Shown here in pieces: positions 55,864 to 64,000 of a stretch of DNA of 64,000 nucleotides (the stretch's first letter is position 1; each line of letters begins with the position of its first letter). A program made the translations under genes and the position numbers. The stretch is from an uncultured Bacteroidales bacterium (lineage in GTDB: Bacteria; Bacteroidota; Bacteroidia; Bacteroidales; UBA932). The notes under the pieces are model-generated. The model was not told the DNA's origin. It made no database searches and saw only the letters and a program-made list of their open reading frames with translations. The stretch covers positions 726-64,725 of the forward strand of contig CAMHTE010000001.1 of assembly GCA_946187975.1 (NCBI GenBank), written 5' to 3'.

Positions 55864-57321
55864 TTATTCACCCTTTGCAAAGCCGAAGTAGCCGGACCTT
55901 CCCGCGGCGGTGACGCCTTCTACGAAGATTGCCCTCTTGCTCCGCTTGGCAATGTCAATTACATCCTGAGGTTTGGACACAGGCTGGTCGTTGACATAGA
56001 GGATGATGAACCCGTCGGATGCGCCCGCTTCCGCAAGCTTGGCGCTGCCGGCCGAAACTATCTCCACTCCCCTCTTGAGACCCAGGGCCGAGAGCTTCTC
56101 CTTGGAAGCCTCGCGGATTGAGCCGCCATAGAAGGCTACCGTACCGTCGTCGGAAAGGACGGTGCCAGTCTCCTGCATGGTTCCCTGGAATTCGACCTGG
56201 AGGGTCTTCTGCTTTCCGTCCCGGATGACGACGAGTTTCGCCTTGTCGCCGGGGTGGTAGGAATTGACCTTTTCCTGAAGTCCGGAAGGGGATTTAATGA
56301 CGGTGGAGTCGACGGAAACGAGGATGTCTCCTTCCTTCACACCGGCCTTTTCGGCAGCCCCTCCCTTTGAAACCTCGTTAATATATACTCCTTCGAGCGA
56401 AGAAAGTTTCAATTCCTGTGCAACTTTTTCAGTAACAGGGCTCATGGTTACGCCGAGACGGGCGCGGCGGACGGCTCCGAAATCTATGAGGTCGCCGACT
56501 ATCTTGCGGACGATATTGGACGGAACGGCGAACGAATATCCGGAATAGGCACCCGTCTGGGACACAATCGCGGTATTGATGCCCACGAGTTCACCGGCCT
56601 TGTTTACGAGGGCTCCTCCGGAGTTGCCCGGGTTGACGGCCGCATCGGTCTGGATGAACGACTCAATCTTGAACTCCCCGGACGTGTTGGGCATGCTGCG
56701 GCCCTTGGCGCTCACTATGCCGGCGGTAATGGTTCCGCGAAGCTCCTCGCCGAGAGGAGAACCTATGGCAAGCACCCACTCGCCCAGGCGCAGGCGGTCG
56801 GAATCCGCGAAAGGCACTATGGGCAGGCCCTCGGCGTCGATCTTTATAAGCGCCACATCCGTAGCCGGGTCGGCGCCTATCACCTTGGCCTCATACACCT
56901 TGTTGTTGTTCAGGGTTACTTCCACCTTGGTGGCTCCCTGCACGACATGGTTGTTGGTCACTATATATCCGTCCTGACGTATGATAACGCCGGACCCGCT
57001 GCCCTGCTGTTCGCGTTCCTGACTCTGGGGGAACTGGTCCCCGAAGAAGAACTTGAAGAAGGGGTCGATGTTATACTGCTGAGTGGTGCGGATCGTCACT
57101 TTTACGAACACCACGGCATCCACCGCCGACTCGGCCGCGTAGGTAAAATCGGGATAGTTGTCCTGTGCCAAATTGACAGTCCGGTATGCAGATCCGTCAA
57201 TGGAATAGCTGGTGACGGGAGCGGAGTCGGAAGAATCTGGAACTACGGCACTGGCGACGCCGAATGCGGTCAATCCGCCCAGAAGTACGGATGCGATAAT
57301 GGTAAGCATATTTTTATTCAT
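55864..57321 (-). CDS. degP: Do/HtrA family serine protease with two PDZ domains
   Basis: TNNHV, DVAL, QTDAAVNPGNSGG, PDZ domains. Confidence 0.9.
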   Translation of the reverse strand: MNKNMLTIIASVLLGGLTAFGVASAVVPDSSDSAPVTSYSIDGSAYRTVNLAQDNYPDFTYAAESAVDAVVFVKVTIRTTQQYNIDPFFKFFFGDQFPQSQEREQQGSGSGVIIRQDGYIVTNNHVVQGATKVEVTLNNNKVYEAKVIGADPATDVALIKIDAEGLPIVPFADSDRLRLGEWVLAIGSPLGEELRGTITAGIVSAKGRSMPNTSGEFKIESFIQTDAAVNPGNSGGALVNKAGELVGINTAIVSQTGAYSGYSFAVPSNIVRKIVGDLIDFGAVRRARLGVTMSPVTEKVAQELKLSSLEGVYINEVSKGGAAEKAGVKEGDILVSVDSTVIKSPSGLQEKVNSYHPGDKAKLVVIRDGKQKTLQVEFQGTMQETGTVLSDDGTVAFYGGSIREASKEKLSALGLKRGVEIVSAGSAKLAEAGASDGFIILYVNDQPVSKPQDVIDIAKRSKRAIFVEGVTAAGRSGYFGFAKGE

Positions 57322-57371
57322 ATCGGTTTTTTGTTTTTATTCCGGTTTTGGTACAACCGGGTGTCAAAAAA

Positions 57372-57387
57372 TCAAAAGATATGCCAA
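57372..57387 (-). promoter_or_regulatory. Candidate sigma-54 (-24/-12) promoter for degP-rpoD
   Basis: TTGGCATA-TCTT-TTGA matches TGGCACG-N4-TTGC spacing, with GA at -12. Confidence 0.45.
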
Positions 57388-57445
57388 ATTCTCACCTTAT
57401 TTTTATATATTTGCATCTGATATAGAAGACGATAAAAATAGAGAT

Positions 57446-58567
57446 ATGGAATTCAACATTTCAAGCGCAGAATTGCTTTCAGCGATAGTGGACGTGTCCA
57501 AGGCCATCCCCGCCAAGACGCCCCTTCCCATACTGGAAAACTTCCTCTTCGTCCTCAAGGACGGAAAGCTCGAAATCACCGCATCCGACCAGGAACTCAC
57601 CCTCCGCACCATAATCAACGTGGAGAGTTCCAAGGAAGACGGAAGCATCGCGGTTCCCGCCAGGCAGCTAATCGATCTCTTCAAGGCCCTGCCCGATCAG
57701 CCCGTTACCATACGCACCACCTCCGATTCCTCGTTCGAATGCGTCTGGAGCAACGGTAACTCCGCGCTGCCCTATTTCCCCGCCGAAGACTATCCCGACA
57801 TCAGCAGCACCGGCGAAGACGCCATCAGCGTCAGCTTCCCTGCTTCCAGCCTCGTGGACGGCATTAACAGCACAATATATGCAACGGCAGACGATGAGAT
57901 GCGTCCCGCTATGAACGGTATCTTCTTCGATATCGCTCCCGGTTCCACCACCCTGGTGGCATCCGACTCGCACAAGCTAATCTGCTTCACCACCGACGAT
58001 GTAAAGGCAGAGCAGGCGGCCTCCTTCATCCTTCACAAAAAGCCCGCTGGAGTTCTCAAGAGCATAGTGGACAAGGAAGACGGAGACGTGCTCGTCACCT
58101 TCGACAGCACCACCGTGGTGTTCTCGTTCGCACAGACCATGATGGTCTGCAGGCTCGTGGTCGGCCGCTATCCCAAGTACCGCGACGTTATTCCCCAGAA
58201 TAACGCCAACATACTCAAGATCGACCGCATGCAGCTGCTCAACACGGTCCGCCGCGTGGCAGTCTGCGCCAACAAGGCCTCCAACCACATCAAGTTCGAA
58301 CTCAAGCCCGGACAGATCGAGATTACCGCTCAGGATCTCGGCTTCGCCATCGCGGCATACGAAAAGCTCCCCTGCGACTACAGCGGAGACGAACTCGCGA
58401 TTGGCTTCAAGTCGTCGTTCGTGGCGGACATCCTGGCCAACATGACCTGCGAGACCGTCGTGATCAAGTTTGCCGACGCCCGCAGGGCGGCACTCATCGT
58501 TCCTTCGGAAGAGGAGGCCGTAAGCGAGAAAGTCTGCGGCATACTGATGCCGATAATGGTTTCATAA
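57446..58567 (+). CDS. dnaN: DNA polymerase III beta sliding clamp
   Basis: PILENFLF, ASDQE, RPAMNG, VASDSHKL, RYPKYRDVIP, IGF, ILMP; start 57446, TATATTTG at 57406-57413. Confidence 0.95.
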   Translation: MEFNISSAELLSAIVDVSKAIPAKTPLPILENFLFVLKDGKLEITASDQELTLRTIINVESSKEDGSIAVPARQLIDLFKALPDQPVTIRTTSDSSFECVWSNGNSALPYFPAEDYPDISSTGEDAISVSFPASSLVDGINSTIYATADDEMRPAMNGIFFDIAPGSTTLVASDSHKLICFTTDDVKAEQAASFILHKKPAGVLKSIVDKEDGDVLVTFDSTTVVFSFAQTMMVCRLVVGRYPKYRDVIPQNNANILKIDRMQLLNTVRRVAVCANKASNHIKFELKPGQIEITAQDLGFAIAAYEKLPCDYSGDELAIGFKSSFVADILANMTCETVVIKFADARRAALIVPSEEEAVSEKVCGILMPIMVS

Positions 58568-58579
58568 CAGCATCCAAAC

Positions 58580-59551
58580 ATGGAACTTGACTTAAAGAGG
58601 CCTTTGCTTTTCTTCGATATCGAGAGTACGGGCCTCAATATCGTTTCCGACTCGATCATAGAGCTCAGTTTCGTCAAAGTGTTTCCGGGGCGCAGCGAGC
58701 CGGAGGTTAAAACATGGAAGATCCGCCCCTGGGACTATGAGCACAACTGCCAGCGTCACATCAACGAAGAGGCCTCCAAGGTCAACGGCGTAAAGGACGA
58801 AGACCTGCGCAACTGCCCGCTGTTCATCAACGTGGCGGCGGAAGTCGCGGAATGGCTGAACGACAGCGACCTCGCAGGGTTCAACTCGGCGAAGTTCGAC
58901 CTGCCCATGCTGGCCGAGGAATTTGAGCGCGTAAAGGCATATTGCCGTCAGCGCATGGCCGATCCGCGTGCACCCCAGGCTGGGAAGGACGAGGCGAAAC
59001 AGTTGTTGGAAAAGGTCCAGGTCGACCTTCACGCCCCCCTTATGGTAGACGTCCAGAACATCTATCATACGATGGAGCCCCGCAACCTGCGCGCGGCCTA
59101 CCGCTTCTATTGCGGCGGCGAGGACTTCGAGAACGCCCATGCCGCCGAGGCCGATACGCTTGCCACCTTCCAGGTGCTAAAGGCCCAGCTCGACCGTTAC
59201 AGCGAGCCCGATAAATATCGCGAACAGGTACTTAAGAACGACGTTAAGTCGCTTGCCGCCTTCGTCGGCAGAAAGTACGTCGACTTTTCCGGACACCTCA
59301 TTTACGACGACAAAGGCGAAGTCCTGATCAACTTCGGAAAATACAAGGGTCGCAGTGCACGCGAGGTATGGCAGTCCGATCCCGGATATTTCCGATGGGT
59401 CCAGGACGGCAGTTTCACCCTCGACACCAAGGATCAGTTCGCCAAATTGGACAAGGAGTTCCGAAAGGAAGCGGACGAAGCCCGCAAGCGCCCCGCAACA
59501 GGCGACGAACTACGCGGCCTTCAGGAAAAGTTCAACGGAAAACTGTTCTGA
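58580..59551 (+). CDS. DEDDh 3'-5' exonuclease (DnaQ-like)
   Basis: FFDIESTG, GFNSAKFD, HAAEAD, NFGKYKG; follows dnaN. Confidence 0.88.
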   Translation: MELDLKRPLLFFDIESTGLNIVSDSIIELSFVKVFPGRSEPEVKTWKIRPWDYEHNCQRHINEEASKVNGVKDEDLRNCPLFINVAAEVAEWLNDSDLAGFNSAKFDLPMLAEEFERVKAYCRQRMADPRAPQAGKDEAKQLLEKVQVDLHAPLMVDVQNIYHTMEPRNLRAAYRFYCGGEDFENAHAAEADTLATFQVLKAQLDRYSEPDKYREQVLKNDVKSLAAFVGRKYVDFSGHLIYDDKGEVLINFGKYKGRSAREVWQSDPGYFRWVQDGSFTLDTKDQFAKLDKEFRKEADEARKRPATGDELRGLQEKFNGKLF

Positions 59552-59560
59552 CCTTACTCC

Positions 59561-60970
59561 ATGCGACTCATTCCGATATATACCTGGAACAAGGGTATAC
59601 GTAATTTCAACCTCCGTAGGAAGGCTTTTTTCAAGCAGCCATGGGCACAGGGAGTAATCCTTCTTGCATGCGTGGTGATTGCCATGCTGCTGGCGAACCT
59701 GCCGTTCACCAAAGAATGGTACCATACTTTCCTGAACACATCCTTCACGCTCAACTTCACCACCCCGGACGGAGGCACGTCCATAAGCTTCCCCCGCAAC
59801 ATGACCGTCGAGAAGTTCATCAACGACGTGCTCATGATGGTATTTTTCTTTACCGTAGGGCTGGAAATCCGGCGCGAAGTCGCCTTCGGCGAACTCTCTT
59901 CTCCCCGGAAGGCACTGATGCCGGTACTGGCGGCCTTCGGAGGAGTGGTGTTTCCCGCGCTCATTTTCACTGCAATCAACCACGACACTGCAGCTGCGTC
60001 CGGATGGGGTATCCCGACAGCTACCGACATAGCCTTCGCCGTATGCATACTGTCCGTCCTGGGCAATAAGGTACCGGTGTCGCTGAAGGTGTTCCTCACC
60101 GCACTGGCGATAGCGGATGACCTCATAGCCATACTAGTAGTGGCCTTATTCTACGGAGGTAGCATCCAATTAAACCTGCTTGCCATCGCGGTGGCAGTAA
60201 TCCTATTCACCCTCCTTCTGCGGAGGCTCGGCGAGAAGCGGCTCTTCCCCTACCTCCTGCTCGCCCTGATAGTCTGGGCCCTGTTCTACTATTCCGGCAT
60301 ACATGCCACCATGTCCGGAGTGGTGATGGCCTTCCTTATTCCGAATACCAGCCGCTACAACAAGAGCCAGTTCCTGCACAAGTGGGACCTGTACAACAGG
60401 CGCTTCCATGAATATGCCGACGTACCCTCCACTTCGTACCCCAACGGGCCGCAGCGGCACTGCATTAAAAAACTGGAATCGATAGGAAAGGGCTCCATGG
60501 AGATGACATACAGGCTGGAAGATTCGCTCTCGCACTTCGTCAACTTCGTAATAATGCCCGTTTTCGCCCTTGCGAATGCCGGAGTGGCGATTACAGACCC
60601 GGCGTATTTCAACGTATTCAACTATACCCCCGGACTCGGGAGCGTAAGTATGGGAGTATTTCTGGGACTTCTGCTCGGAAAACCTATCGGGATCACACTC
60701 ATTAGCTGGATTGCCGTCAAGGCCAAAGCAGGAGAGATGCCTTCCGGCGCCACATGGCCCATGTTCTTTGCGGTCGCCTGCCTCGGAGGCATAGGATTCA
60801 CCATGTCTATCTTCGTCGATACCCTGTCGTTCGGCGACCTCGCCCCCGGAATGATGCACCAGTTCAGGGATGCCGGCAAGATAGCCGTGCTACTGGGCTC
60901 CGTCTGCGCCGGCCTGCTTGGTACGGTACTGGTTAATTTGGTGCACGCTTCGCAGAATCGCAAAAAATAA
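59561..60970 (+). CDS. nhaA: Na+/H+ antiporter NhaA
   Basis: IND, GLEIRRE, GWGIPTATDIAF, AIADDL, GKPIG, GIGFTMS. Confidence 0.94.
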   Translation: MRLIPIYTWNKGIRNFNLRRKAFFKQPWAQGVILLACVVIAMLLANLPFTKEWYHTFLNTSFTLNFTTPDGGTSISFPRNMTVEKFINDVLMMVFFFTVGLEIRREVAFGELSSPRKALMPVLAAFGGVVFPALIFTAINHDTAAASGWGIPTATDIAFAVCILSVLGNKVPVSLKVFLTALAIADDLIAILVVALFYGGSIQLNLLAIAVAVILFTLLLRRLGEKRLFPYLLLALIVWALFYYSGIHATMSGVVMAFLIPNTSRYNKSQFLHKWDLYNRRFHEYADVPSTSYPNGPQRHCIKKLESIGKGSMEMTYRLEDSLSHFVNFVIMPVFALANAGVAITDPAYFNVFNYTPGLGSVSMGVFLGLLLGKPIGITLISWIAVKAKAGEMPSGATWPMFFAVACLGGIGFTMSIFVDTLSFGDLAPGMMHQFRDAGKIAVLLGSVCAGLLGTVLVNLVHASQNRKK

Positions 60971-61003
60971 TTATATTTGCATCCCCGTCCCGGAGGACGG
61001 TAA

Positions 61004-61075
61004 GCCACTTTAGCTCAGCGGTAGAGCAGCGCATTCGTAACGCGCAGGTCGGGAGTTCAAATCTGCCAAGTGGCT
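61004..61075 (+). tRNA. tRNA-Thr(CGT)
   Basis: GCCACTT/AAGTGGC acceptor, TT-CGT-AA anticodon loop; T-stem has a G-G mismatch; TATATTTG promoter at 60972-60979. Confidence 0.9.
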
Positions 61076-61080
61076 CTTTC

Positions 61081-61148
61081 AGAACCGGCGGTGACCAAAA
61101 GTGTTGGCCACCGCCGTTCTGTTTGCAAAAACGGCCATTTTTGCAAAC
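61081..61148. terminator. Tandem hairpins between tRNA-Thr and the convergent lipoprotein gene
   Basis: AGAAC(C)GGCGGTG..CACCGCCGTTCT then GTTTGCAAAAA-CGGCCA-TTTTTGCAAAC. Confidence 0.6.
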
Positions 61149-61166
61149 GGACCTTCGAAAAAAACG

Positions 61167-63878
61167 TTACCAAGTATACGTTTCGGGTACGTCGAAGTCC
61201 TGAAGGTTTCCATCGCCGGAAATCCCCTCCGTCGTATCTATATAAGACGACTGTGTGACTTCGAACGGCTTGGCAACTGCATTCGAGACTGCCTCCCTTA
61301 TTGCGGATCGCTCCTTTGGACCATAGCTGTATTGGGCGGGTGCCCAGAGGACATTTGCAGGATCAGTCCCCCGAAGAACAGCCGCCCAGGTAAGTCCGGC
61401 GATATAACGCCCGACATCATAAGACAAATGGTATCCGTCCCTGGTCAGAGTGTCTCCGTACAGGCTCGTCCGAAGATTCTGCACAGCGGTACCGGATGGT
61501 ATTATTCCTGAGAAGACCGAATTGGGAACAATCACCGACTGGACCGTCGATACGATGGCGTTGTACATCTGCATCTGATCGGACCCATAATTGGGGAACT
61601 CCTTGTGCGAAGAATTGGACTGGTACGCCCATGTCATATGCCAGAGTATCCTGGCATCCGGACAATGCTGCCTGACTATGCCGACTATGTTATCCAGATA
61701 TGGATTGTATGTCCCCGGAAGCCCCGATGAACCGCTTGCCTGCTGTATGGTTATATAATCCCAGTCCCTCTCGTCCAGTGCGGTCAGAGGAGCGGCCGAG
61801 GTTGTTTTTGTCCATGAGCCGGAGGTGTTTTCGTAATAAGTGTATGCACCATCGTTCGCCAGGAAATGGTTCGAATGGGTTTCAAGGGTACAGCCTCCGA
61901 TATAAAGGTTCCCTAGGACTATCCCTGTAGCCCCGTCAGATGCAAGTATATCGTACAGATACTGCATGGCATCTACGGAGAAACTGTTCCCGATTGCCAG
62001 GACACTCATGCCACCGTTGATGTATTCGGGTGCCGCCGTAAGAGAGAGACTGTTTGTACTCTGCGCCGTATTGTCCAATGTGCCGTCAAGAGGTGCATAT
62101 ATTTCAAGCGACGACTTGAGCATCCTGCCTTCCTGCAAAGCCTGCATTTCCTCTGCATTCATTCCGCTACGCCAGAAGAACAATTCGCGCACGGATATGT
62201 CTGACGACGCACTGCCAAGCCAGAAAGCGCCTGGAGCCAACCGCTCGGAAAGAGAGCCTTGCAAGAGACCGTCCACATACAGGTAAGTCTTTCCCTGAGC
62301 ATAAAAGTGCGATATGGATATCTGGTGCCATTGTCCGTCCCCTACCGGCGTCGTGCAGGCAAATCCATCATAAAACAGTTTTCCTGCATTTGAAACATAC
62401 AAATTGCGTGAGAAGCCGTCGCCGTCTATTTCCATCACCTGTCCCCTGGCAGATGTCCTCATTCCGAAAGATAAAGTGAACGGATGCACGGCGCCTTGTG
62501 GCTTAAAATGCACAGCCGAACCGGCAGGGAGTGACATTCCTTCACTTATATGGCGATGTGGGGGTTCTTTGCCGGCATGCAGCGCATCAAAAAGTGAAGG
62601 GACAACGGCCAATGCCATTTCCCTGTGTCCCGCATCGTTCGGGTGTGAAGCGTCCGCATAATATCCTTCCATCCATTTGCCATTACCGGCATCGATGGCT
62701 CCCATGAGGTTTACTGAAGGGACGTCCCACTGCTGTATGTCGAGATTTATCTTCCGGATCCAGGAATAGTGTGCTTCCGTATATGTGCCCTTGGCATAAT
62801 TCCCGGTCACAATAACCTGTTTGCCTTCCGCAAGGGCAGTCTTGACAAAACTGTCGTCATTCAGATAAACCCTGTTCTCCCATTGCTCATAAAGTGCGCG
62901 ACGCGCATCTTCACTAGAGGCCGAGGCAAGTCCCTCATTCCCAAGGGAAAGGGCTATTATGAGTGTCTTGCCGCCGTCCACGGTCTGTTCATCGAAGCGT
63001 TGCGACAGTTTTGTGGTTTCATCCCCGGGAACTGACAGATTCGATATGTACCATGGCAACGGGCTTTGCGTTGCGAGTATTGCGCCCAACTGCCGGATAT
63101 AACCGTTTTTCTCCGTAGCACCCTGCCCCCATGGAACGGAAGAGCCCATGACCGTAATGCGGTACGGATCCAATTCCCCGCTATGAGTGACATCAAAGTT
63201 ATACGAACGCAAATCCAAGGTAACATCATATTCCCCCGGATTGATACGTACCACTTCCGTCTCTCCCGCACTGGCAGGGGCGATGCTCCGGCGTGTACCG
63301 GAAATGCGTTCAAACGCAGGATACCAGGAGCCTTCCCTGGTAAAAGAAAAGGATAGTGACCGGTCATATATAGGAAGACCGTCAGCATCAAACACAAGGT
63401 TGGTCCCGGAATACACGCCGTGCCCTTTGTATTCCAGACGCGCCCCCATGGTATTGCTTATACTCTTGAGTGCCGTCCCCTGCACCAACATTATCGGCAT
63501 CGGAGTGAAATTGCACGTCCGGGAATCGAAGTCCACTTCCAGCCACGCAGGGCCGTCTACAGGAGATGGATACTCAAATGAAAAAGTGTCTCCGTTTCCG
63601 GTGGTTCCGGACATGGTTACATCCGTAGCGGTAAAGCATGACACTCCGGCAAAGACATGCCCGGTTTCAGAAAGCCGCCTCATCCCGAATGTTTCTTCAG
63701 AAGAAGTTACCTGCAATGAAACAGGAAAGATTTCGGGTATTTCCACCTGTACGGGGGGATCGGGATCCACCGGAGGTTCGACAGATGTCACTTTCCCCGG
63801 AGACTCCGGATTTTCACTTTTGCAGGCTGTCGGAACGAGGAGTAAACATATTGCAATTATACTGAAAAGACGCTTCAT
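61167..63878 (-). CDS. Multidomain lipoprotein: beta-rich N-terminus, SGNH hydrolase, LamG/ConA-like domain, DUF4886 (SGNH-like) domain
   Basis: Lipobox PTAC; GSS..PGD..LGNE..DASHPN; DGQWHQI..LYVDG; IGNSFS..NLYIGGC..WDYITIQQAS..RDGYHL. Confidence 0.8.
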   Translation of the reverse strand: MKRLFSIIAICLLLVPTACKSENPESPGKVTSVEPPVDPDPPVQVEIPEIFPVSLQVTSSEETFGMRRLSETGHVFAGVSCFTATDVTMSGTTGNGDTFSFEYPSPVDGPAWLEVDFDSRTCNFTPMPIMLVQGTALKSISNTMGARLEYKGHGVYSGTNLVFDADGLPIYDRSLSFSFTREGSWYPAFERISGTRRSIAPASAGETEVVRINPGEYDVTLDLRSYNFDVTHSGELDPYRITVMGSSVPWGQGATEKNGYIRQLGAILATQSPLPWYISNLSVPGDETTKLSQRFDEQTVDGGKTLIIALSLGNEGLASASSEDARRALYEQWENRVYLNDDSFVKTALAEGKQVIVTGNYAKGTYTEAHYSWIRKINLDIQQWDVPSVNLMGAIDAGNGKWMEGYYADASHPNDAGHREMALAVVPSLFDALHAGKEPPHRHISEGMSLPAGSAVHFKPQGAVHPFTLSFGMRTSARGQVMEIDGDGFSRNLYVSNAGKLFYDGFACTTPVGDGQWHQISISHFYAQGKTYLYVDGLLQGSLSERLAPGAFWLGSASSDISVRELFFWRSGMNAEEMQALQEGRMLKSSLEIYAPLDGTLDNTAQSTNSLSLTAAPEYINGGMSVLAIGNSFSVDAMQYLYDILASDGATGIVLGNLYIGGCTLETHSNHFLANDGAYTYYENTSGSWTKTTSAAPLTALDERDWDYITIQQASGSSGLPGTYNPYLDNIVGIVRQHCPDARILWHMTWAYQSNSSHKEFPNYGSDQMQMYNAIVSTVQSVIVPNSVFSGIIPSGTAVQNLRTSLYGDTLTRDGYHLSYDVGRYIAGLTWAAVLRGTDPANVLWAPAQYSYGPKERSAIREAVSNAVAKPFEVTQSSYIDTTEGISGDGNLQDFDVPETYTW

Positions 63879-63888
63879 ATCATTTGTT

Positions 63889-63999
63889 CTATTGTTCAAG
63901 CCAGGTACCCAGTTCGCTGTATATTTTTTCTGCGATGAAGGCCATCGCTTCGGAAGACGGGTGACAACCGGCGCCGGTTTCAGGATTATAGTCGTGCTT
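63889..63999 (-). CDS. C-terminal fragment of a probable SGNH-family hydrolase (truncated at window edge)
   Basis: KHDYNPETGAGCHPSSEAMAFIAEKIYSELGTWLEQ*; HP plus a terminal amphipathic helix resembles SGNH block V. Confidence 0.5.
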   Translation of the reverse strand, partial: KHDYNPETGAGCHPSSEAMAFIAEKIYSELGTWLEQ

Positions 64000-64000
64000 T

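Overview
Gene-dense, GC-rich chromosomal window from a Bacteroidota (Bacteroidales) genome. The TAnnTTTG promoters, a primary sigma factor without region 1.1 and an Alistipes-like SulA suggest a Rikenellaceae-related lineage (inference). It is mostly housekeeping: priA, glmM, rpmE2, tdh/kbl, tig-clpP-clpX, gyrB, nth, glnS, holA, cca, xerC-hpf, argS, rpoD, degP, dnaN and nhaA, plus four tRNAs (Glu-CTC, Ser-GGA, Val-TAC, Thr-CGT) and tmRNA. I saw no CRISPR array, transposase or prophage. Main points of interest: (1) a probable sulfonolipid (capnine) pair, SulA/CapB-like plus an SDR, embedded in a gyrB-tig-clp gene run; (2) clean in-frame domain loss in core proteins: PriA lacks Walker A and the Zn region, ClpX lacks its Zn-binding domain, trigger factor lacks its PPIase domain, and two S9B peptidases are trimmed; (3) several genes whose ATG lies 3-8 nt after the -7 promoter box, i.e. 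probably leaderless mRNAs; (4) wza-wzc starting 17 nt after tmRNA; (5) a tRNA-Thr with a mismatched T-stem followed by lower-GC DNA encoding a double-SGNH lipoprotein, a likely island edge. All family assignments come from motif recognition by eye; no searches were run.
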